A stretch of DNA of 64,000 nt from Paramecium tetraurelia. Its lineage: Eukaryota. Below are positions 55,701 to 64,000 of the stretch, piece by piece. The stretch is from the NCBI GenBank assembly GCA_000165425.1, contig CT868529.1, positions 248,001-312,000 of the forward strand. The letters are read 5' to 3'. Position numbers and translations under genes: made by a program. Within the stretch, counting starts at the first letter, position 1. Every line of letters begins with the position of its first letter. The notes beneath the pieces were generated by a model that was not told the DNA's origin, did no database searches, and worked only from the letters and a program-made list of their open reading frames with translations.

Positions 55701-55954
55701 TAAACATAAGGATTAACCAGGAAATGTAATATTCAACTAATATTTTAGAATATGAGTTAGCAAAATCATTAGATTTTAGAAATAATTTGGATGAAATTCA
55801 AAATGATATCGATTAATAAGCATATTTAAAGGATATATCTAAAAAGTATTCTCCATTGACAAATGATACTTTCGTCAGAGACAAGGAATAAGGAAAACTT
55901 AAAATAAAAAATAAAAATGGGAAATTTTTGGTGCCTAAGCAAAAAAAATATTGA
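52760..55954 (+). CDS. Large RRM-containing protein with mitochondrial-type presequence
   Basis: MLKFKRVYHFSK start; RRM-like LLLINLP...AYATLTF; second RRM RTLVITNI...GQYGRV, with RNP1-like NRGYCVCTF..AQRALFAIN much further downstream; long helical C-terminus. Confidence 0.75.
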
Positions 55955-56477
55955 ATTTTAAATTGTTTTATTATTATGCAGTAAATATTTCAAATTTATA
56001 ATCAATAAATTAGATGTCTTTAATTTTAAGAATTACTTAAGACTAATTCATTAAATCATATTAATTATGAATGATTTTATTACTTTTGAAATATAAATAT
56101 TTAGAAAATTAAACAAATTATTTTTTTTTAGCTAATTTTTTAGAATTATATTCTAATTAAATTTAATATCCTAAAAGATTACTCTTAAGCTCAATAATTT
56201 TATTTTGATTATAGTTTTCTCCTATATTCTTAATTTCATATCAGAATTCCATTTAAATGGGATTCTGAAATAGCATTTCAACATTTTTATTTCCTTATCA
56301 CTCAGGAATCGTTTTTATTTTATAATAATATAATAAAATAGATACATTTAATATTCTTCTATCAATATTTTGAAAGACAAGAGATAAAAACAATTTTATT
56401 AAGATGAAAGGATTCCTTTTTATATCTATTCAAATATTATATTTGGATATATTTATTAATAAAATAAAGATTTTAAT

Positions 56478-58485
56478 ATGCTGAGACTTGTGAGCAAGAA
56501 GTCATTCTCGTCAACTTTCAATGTGTTAGATACTTTCAAAACACTCAAAAGCGTGGTAAAATTAATTGCTAAACTCTAAGATCACAGCTCCAATTAGACA
56601 TATAAGGTCTTATGTTAGATAGGATGGTGTCCATAGTTCAATGACACCTAACTTGACATATTAGGCTTTTGATGAAGTGCTTCATGAATATTATGCTGCT
56701 TATTCTGGAAATCCATTCCACTTATAAGTGTATAATAACCTAGATAACATCTAAACAGTCAATTTTGGTACAGTAGACAATCCTTGTGTGATTTTCACTG
56801 CAGACACTCCATTCAGATATGTGGGATGCACAGGTTTGTAAAACGAAGACGATTATGAGCAACATGAAATTCATCTCTTCATGCTTAGAGAAGGTCCATT
56901 ATAGAGATGCCCAATGTGTGGTCAAGTCTTCAAATTGGTTAGACTTAGACAATAAGAGGATGAGGAAATGTCTTACTATAGAGATTCATTCCATCCTATT
57001 GATATTTTTGAATTGGATGTAAAATAATTCAATTATGTTAGAATGAAAATGTTTAATCAATCAACATGTTAAAAATGTGGACTCACAGAGAGGCTTCATT
57101 ATTTGAGAGTGCATTATATGAATAAAACATTATGGTAACAATGGATAACGATGTACACGATAGATTACTTGTTGATCCAGCTTATAGAATGTGGAGATTT
57201 TAGCATGGTGAAGATAAATTAAAAATACATCGATTAATAATTGAAATAAGCAGGCTACAATGAAGAAAGAATCTACAGAAATCCAAAATACAAATTACCA
57301 ATGTAAAAGGCAACATATGCAGCTGTCATTGAAGCAGAGAAAGTGTTGGCTATCTAAGAGAGATTAGAAAGAAAAGTGAACAGATTCCATGTTAGAGAAT
57401 ATCTTGATTTTGCTAATCATGCCAGAAGAGAAAGAAGAATGAGATTAAGATAAAAGGAAAGATGGGAGAACAATTACACTTACTTCTATGGAGGTCTTAC
57501 TGAAGAAGAATAATTATACAATGATTACTTTGAAACAGATCAAGAATTATACAAGGATGACGAATAAATTGAATAGAGAATTGATGAGGCTGTTGCTTAA
57601 GTTGATCCTAAATATAGTCCTCTCAGATTTGACTTCTAAGAAGCCTATACTCATAATCCTGAAGAAGATTAAACCTCACTTCTTGAAAAGAAATTATGGA
57701 GATTCAAATATAGATTAGCCTTTGATTGCACCAAAGATTATTAAGCTAGAGAAAGACGATTGATTGAAAGACATTTGGCAAGAATGACCAAAGACCCAGA
57801 ATACGTTGCTGTATTCAAGAATCTATAAAGTGCTGTTAAATCTGAAAATGAATTTGCACTCTTGTAGGCTGAAAAAGACTATTATAATCTTGCAGCAAAG
57901 GAAGGATGTAATATTAAAATATTATTTATTTAGTTCTTTAATACAAGGATTACTTTGAAGGAGATACTTCAGCTGAAATTGAATTAGTTGAGGAATTATA
58001 CAAAGCTTCACCTTTGGCATTCAGCAAAGTCTTCGTTAATCATTCTGCAAGATTAGTCTAATAAGAAGGATTCTAGAAATTCCCTAAGAGAGCTTGGAAT
58101 GATAGTCTAGGATTAATTCAAAACTATGTTTTGGATTTCTAAGACTTTTCATCCAATATTGTACCTAAAGCTCAAAAATTAGCTAATTATGCTGGTTTAT
58201 AAAATGTATTAACTATATCTTATATCATAGGTACTTCCTGCTGACGAATAAGAGTTGGTAAAACTTGGTTTAGATAAAACTGAATAAATTACAAGATAAA
58301 AGATTGCTTAGGCTTAAGCAAAACCATAATTAAATGAGCCACCTAAATAAGCATAATAATAAGCACCTCCAAAAGTTGAATAAGAATAATAATAATAACA
58401 ATAGAAACCTTAATAATAATAGCAATAATAATAATAATAACAATAACAATAATAAAAGAAAGGACCATTTAACAAAAAAAAATGA
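56478..58485 (+). CDS. COX5B: Cytochrome c oxidase subunit 5B with long C-terminal extension
   Basis: Presequence MLRLVSKKSFSS; FGTVDNPCVI...RYVGCTG...HEIHLFMLREGPLQRCPMCGQVFKL (Zn-binding core); ~450 additional residues; poly-Gln tail. Confidence 0.9.
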
Positions 58486-58553
58486 TCATTTTAATTATTC
58501 ATTAAACCAAAAGATTTCATTATAATTATGCTTCAAACTAATATTATATATAT

Positions 58554-59929
58554 TCATTCTTATATATCTTAATTTTATTCTATTTGCATTTCTTCCCTAT
58601 TATCTCTATACTCAGAAAACAATTCTTAATAATCAACCTTCTATCTGCTTTCCTTTCCAATAGCATGATGGTCAATTTAAGCACACCCAGGGGTTATTTA
58701 TTTTAGGTTTTCTAGAATTTAAACACTTTAAACAATATTGATTCAGATTTACATATTTTTTTCTAAATAATCTTTAGAATTTTACTCTTCCATGTTCGAA
58801 ATTGGTAAATGTAATTTATATTCAGGTCCAAAATAGACTTTGTATTCTGATTCATCAGGAATATTATCTTATATTGGCACATTCAAAGCAAGTGAAGTTT
58901 CATATGTCCAGCATCTGGGGACATTTCGAAGAGTATATCCTCCTCCTCCAACCATTATTATTGGAACATTGAATTTCTTCAAATACTCAATGCAAGTGCC
59001 ATGTCCTACATTGATTCAATTTCAGTAATACCTTTAATACTTAAATTGAAACACCCTAAACGATCACCGCTAAGACTATCTGTACCTCCTTGTAACATTA
59101 CAACATCAGGTCTGAAATTTTCCATAATTTTATCAATGACTGGTTTGAAAATATGTTAGATTGAGTCATCATTTAACCCTTCATTTAAAGGGAAATTGAC
59201 GGCATAATATTTTCCTTTATCATGTCCAACATCATCAATATGACCAGTTCCTGGGAAATATTCCTTAAATTTATGAAAAGAACATGTCATCACTCTGTCA
59301 GTTAAATAGAAGGCTTCCTCTACTCCATCTCCATGATGAATATCAATATCAACATACAGAACTCGCTAATAGGTTTTCAATAATTCTAATATCCCTAACA
59401 CACAATCATTAACATAACAGAATCCGCTAGCTTCACTTTACTTGGCATGATGTAATCCTCCACTCCAGTTGATGGCAATGTTGCTCTTTTGATCTGCAAT
59501 TACACAAGCAGCTCCAACTGATCCAGAAGTTTAGCATAAGCAAAAATCAAACAACCTATCTAAGACTGGACAATCCTCCATAAAATTAACTAATTTCTCA
59601 GCCTAATTTTACATCTATAAAGTTGGTCCTCATATTGACATTTATTTTCTGGAGTGATTATCTTAATTAAATCTATGTATTCATAAGAATGAAATTAAGT
59701 TAGTACGTCTTCATCTACTCTTTTTATGTATGTTTACACAAAAGATTAATCCTATATTCGATTTTAAATTTCTTACAATACAATTCATATATTATTTCAA
59801 TCCATAGTGACCGACTAAATCATCAGTAATGGCCACTCTTAATGGCTTCATTGGATGTGTTGTAGAATAATTGTATGTCCCGAATTCTTCATCATAGTAG
59901 TATGTCACTTTCTACTTAAAGAGATTCAT
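58554..59929 (-). CDS. Class I histone deacetylase (Rpd3/HDAC1-like)
   Basis: [63 protein letters not shown]. An in-frame upstream ATG at 59986 is a possible alternative start. Confidence 0.95.
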
Positions 59930-60139
59930 CCTCCCAAATAAAGTTTAAGAATTTTATTATTGACTTTTTAACACGATTAATTACATGATTTTATAAATTC
60001 ACTATTCCCCTTTCAAACTATTCCTTTCCAAGCGTTTCAAAATAAACTAATTCTATTCTTGCTTATTGCATTATTCTATTGCCATTAATGAATTTATTCA
60101 ATTAAATTTCATTTTAATTAGTTTATCTGTTAACCAAAA

Positions 60140-61090
60140 ATGTTTTCTGCCAGAGATTAACTCAGGTTTTCAAGAAAAACCATACAAACCTGCTCAATAG
60201 CTTCATCAAAACCTATAAGATATGCAACCTAGTATTGTGGGGATGATGAATATTCTACTTCGAATTTCAATTCTGATTATGAATTGTTGAGAACGAAGGA
60301 AAAGTATAAATAAAAGTGCGAGGAAATAGATATGAAGAAAAACCAATTACATTCTGATAACCTAGATTTGGAATTAAGAGCTGAGGTATCATATACTTTA
60401 GTAAATAGAAACTAAGGTAGGGAGAGAATGAAGTAAGGTATATGGCTGAAATTCTTAAAAGCAAGATCAAATAAATTTAACAACAAGAATAACAAATTAA
60501 GGAAAATCAAACTGCCTTTCTTGAAAAGTTCAAAGACAAGGAATTGTGCTTAATTGAATAACAAAAATTAATCTAAGAAAAACAAGATCAATTAAATATT
60601 AGAGAATAATAACTATCAATTCGTGAACAATCCCTAAAAGAAAAGGAATCTCTCCTATCAGAGTAGATTCATTACTATACTCAATTTAATGAACGTCTGA
60701 AAATCAATTTAGAAGAACTCAATAAAAAGGAATGTATTTTTATTATCAGTCAAATTTAGAATTTTACATTTAACAAATTAGTAATATGAATCAAACCGTC
60801 GAAAGTTTAATGGACCATGAAAATCATATCAGAGATCTAGAATTTAAACTAACTCAATAAATCTAATAATTAAAAGATTTTGATAACTAAATTAGGTAAA
60901 AGTATATAGTTACAATAGAATTTAGGTGTTAAATTGCAAATAATAAGAAGAACTAATTGATTAAAAAGAATAAGGAATTTTTAAAAGTTAAGAATTGATT
61001 AATCGCAAATTACTTTGGGATTAAAAAAATATCACTAGGCAACATCTACAATAAATTTCAAATTACATGAGTGACTAAAATTACTTTTGA
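60140..61090 (+). CDS. Hypothetical coiled-coil protein
   Basis: MFSARDQLRFSRK..., heptad-rich E/Q/K frame with about three short introns; TGA 61088-61090. Confidence 0.65.
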
Positions 61091-61565
61091 ATAAATCATC
61101 CATATATATTTCTTATTTAAATAAAATTATATCGCTCTATAGCTTTATTTTATTACAAACTATATATTCTATTAACTAATAATTATTTATCTCATTTTGA
61201 TTAACATAGTTTTTCTTAAATAATTGAATAAAATATATAAAAAAAATAGATTTATTTCGAAACAAAACTCTGCTTCTAATATAATCAATCAATTTTTAAT
61301 TCTTATATTTGCAATACTTAGTTGTTAAGACTATGGTTAAAAATTTGAACTATAGTTTATTTCATCAATTATGAATTCATTTGTATTTCACATTTTCAAT
61401 CAAAAAATGAATAGTTGACGCTGAACAAAATTAACTTATGAATTCTAAACCTTAAATTTAATTTTAATGGTTTTTAAACTACATTCAAGATGATATAAGA
61501 TATCGATGATAATAATTATAATATACCATAAGTTTTATTCATTTATAAACTTACATCACTTACAA

Positions 61566-62015
61566 TCAAAAAGTTGTACAGCATTGAGACTTTTAGGTTG
61601 ATTTGGTTCCAATTTTAGATGATTAGTGAGAATTTGTTTTTGGAAATTCCTAATCGATCTCAATTTTTATTTCTAAGTCACAATTAGTTTATGCTACTTT
61701 AGGAACAACTTCTAAAGTCTAATTAACTTAAGGACCTTGAATCTATTCTTAAAATTATGATAATTCCGATTCAGAGTGATCGGACTATTCAGATTCTGAG
61801 TAATTTTCAAATTCATTCTATGGTGTGTATGAATTTGTTTTCAGGACTATAAAACTATCTTGAAAAGTTATTTTATAATTTCCACCATGAATAATATCAT
61901 TACCACTTCTGTCTTTCCTATTTCTAATTTCATTGGATTTTTGGCATTTTAAAATAGAATGAATTTTGTTCTTTTCAGATGTATTTCTTTTTCTCTATAC
62001 TATTTAAGTTGGCAT
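61566..62015 (-). CDS. Small protein (149 aa) with SILK, RVxF-like KITF and C-terminal CCTTF (CaaX-like)
   Basis: Intronless 450-nt frame MPTQIVQRKRNTSEKNKIHSILKCQKSNEIRNRKDRSGNDIIHGGNYKITFQD...KSQCCTTF-TGA. Confidence 0.75.
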
Positions 62016-62747
62016 TTTGATAAGTAAAGAAGCTTAATTGAAATTATTAAGTAATTTATATTAATTTATTTAAAACAGATCTTAAATTTCAACTTTACTT
62101 GATCAAAGTTTGTATGAATGTGCGTAATATATTTCAGTGGGGAGCTCATAAGAAAATCATATCACATTATCATTGTATTCTAATAGATTTGTCCTTATTT
62201 AAGAATAAGCAATTTTATTGCTCTCTTTTGAAATATTAATTTATTAATATTTAAGGAGATTGTACAAGATTCAAATTTAAAAATAAATGATTATTTTAAG
62301 ATTATTACTCGGTCTAATATGGATAAAAGTGATGAATAGAAAGATTAAATTGAATTTCTTTTTAGTTTTCAATTTACATCTTTTGATATAGCAATTAAAT
62401 CAATGATTAAGTGAAATATCCTTCAAAATTTGGATGATATGGTACCATTAGAAATTTGAATGAAATTTAATGAATTATTTTTATATAAAATAAAGTAGAT
62501 TGAATAAGAACTATTGAGAACCCTTGTTAATTTGTCTTCAATTAATTAGAATTCATATTTGTAGCTTAAAACTCTTTTGATTAAATTTATTTTTCATTAT
62601 ATCCTCTTAAATTGAGCGTTGATTTTTATAGGAAAAATTACAAATTATTATTATTACCTGTAAGTTAGTTATGAGTTCTAATTTATCAATTTCACAAAGT
62701 TGTTTTAGTTGATGCTATTTATAATTTAATATTTATATAATTAATTT

Positions 62748-64000
62748 ATGCTTAATACTACTGAGCTTGACTAGACATTAAAAACTAATAAGGAGGCTTT
62801 AGAAATTCCAAAGTTAATCGTTAACTCATCAAAAATTACTGTGGCTTCTTCAAATAATTTAAATAATAATAGTTAGGTTCCAGAAAAAAAAACTACTTTT
62901 TTTCGTACTGAGGACAAGTTCTCAAGATTGGAGTAATATGAAGAAATTGATCGAAATGATGAATTGAACCTTCCTTTTGTTCCACCATAGGGATTCAAAG
63001 GACCAGTTGGTAAGTAAGTTTAATTTACTGATTAGTTGATCGGAAGGCAACTGATAAAGCATGGATAGGTTTATTTCTTATTGTATATGTGTTATACGGA
63101 GTTTACTCTTATTTTGTAATTGCAGGTGGAAATCCTGATAGATTGGCCAAATGGAATAGACTTTAGAGGCGAGATTTGTGGCATAGGGAGTTTAAAGAAT
63201 AAGCCCTTCTTATATTATGCTGGCCCAGTGATGGATATAGATGTGACCTGGTGTATTAGGTAATGTCCCCCATCGACAGGGAGAGAAACCTGCATGTACG
63301 ACACGGATCATATGACGGTGACTTCCTTTTGTTACATCCAAATGCAAGCAGATTAGATGGGTTATTACTGTATACCAAAAGAGCCCAAGAGCAGAGAACT
63401 TGTATTTGAATAGTTGGGATCAACGAGGAACACAATGAGAAGGATAGGATCAGATTTATGGCAATCTTGGGACATTACATTATGCGGCTTTGGCTTATCA
63501 ATTATTTTAAGTTATTTGTTTACAGTTCTGGCTAAATTTGAAAAAATCGCCGCTGGATTAATATGGGGAGCCATTATATTTGCAGAGGCTGGCTTACTTC
63601 TATACGGTTGGCTTTTCTATCTGGAATCAATTAGAGTAAATTATGGAATGAATTTAGGCCCACGAATTTAGATGTATTGATGGTATGAACTCAGATACTT
63701 GTGGTGGCCAAATAGTAACCACCTATTAGATATTAGCAATCGTATTTCTGGCTTTAGCAGCCATTTACTTAATTGTTACTTTAATACTTTTTAAGAGAAT
63801 TCAGAGAGGAATTTCCTTATTAAAAACTGCATAGCACATTATCCAAGTTTTAAGTTAGATTCGGTCATTTCCATTTATTGTTGCATTCATTGGATTGGTA
63901 GTGTGTTGTTTGGCATTTATCTTGGTATGTTTTGCAATGACAGTGGGGACAACAGAATTAACAAGAGCAAAATGTATAGATTTTATATATTAATTACTAA
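62748..64000 (+). CDS. Choline transporter-like (CTL/SLC44) protein, 3'-truncated by window, with an apparent +1 frameshift
   Basis: FKGPVVDRKATDKAWIGLFL...GGNPDRLA; then, in the shifted frame, NGIDFRGEICG..LKNKPFLYY..WCIRQCP and further TM helices. Confidence 0.8.

Noticed and set aside
58334..58525. Apparent (AAT/AAC)n microsatellite / poly-Asn ORF in the ORF track
   Set aside because: It is the poly-Gln tail of COX5B read in the wrong frame.
62319..62414. ~31-codon + strand ORF (MDKSDEQKD...)
   Set aside because: Too short and without motifs; expected by chance when TGA is the only stop.

Overview
AT-rich, gene-dense eukaryotic DNA that reads cleanly only with the ciliate nuclear code (TAA/TAG = Gln, TGA the only stop). 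Tiny GT...AG introns of about 20-35 nt and spacers of 20-100 bp point to a Paramecium-type macronuclear chromosome (genus inferred from code and intron size). The supplied standard-code ORF track is therefore mostly fragments or shadow ORFs. Manual translation gives about 40 genes. Ubiquitin-related: two tandem signal peptide-EGF-TM-RING-H2 paralogues, a RING/B-box/coiled-coil (TRIM-like) protein, further RING ligases, GID8 and CDH1/CDC20. RNA-processing: WW-fused CWC2, neuroguidin/Lcp5 and CWC15. Channels and transport: a mucolipin/TRPML channel, a giant (~3000 aa) anoctamin, a p24 cargo receptor and a choline-transporter-like gene with a +1 frameshift. Others: TTLL, PA2G4/EBP1, a frameshifted AGC kinase, dynein LC8, a double-FHA protein, a CDPK, an SCP/FCP1-type phosphatase, TPR and Cache-like proteins, SCP2-thiolase, a WD40 pseudogene, a mitochondrial-type RRM protein, extended COX5B and a class I HDAC. 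The most unusual items are (1) the giant anoctamin, fused to a kinase-like and a long helical tail, with a partly degenerate Ca2+ site, lying next to TRPML; (2) two small lipid-anchored SILK+RVxF candidate PP1-targeting proteins; and (3) the EGF-ectodomain receptor-like RING ligases. All coordinates were derived by eye; intron boundaries are inferred, not transcript-verified.
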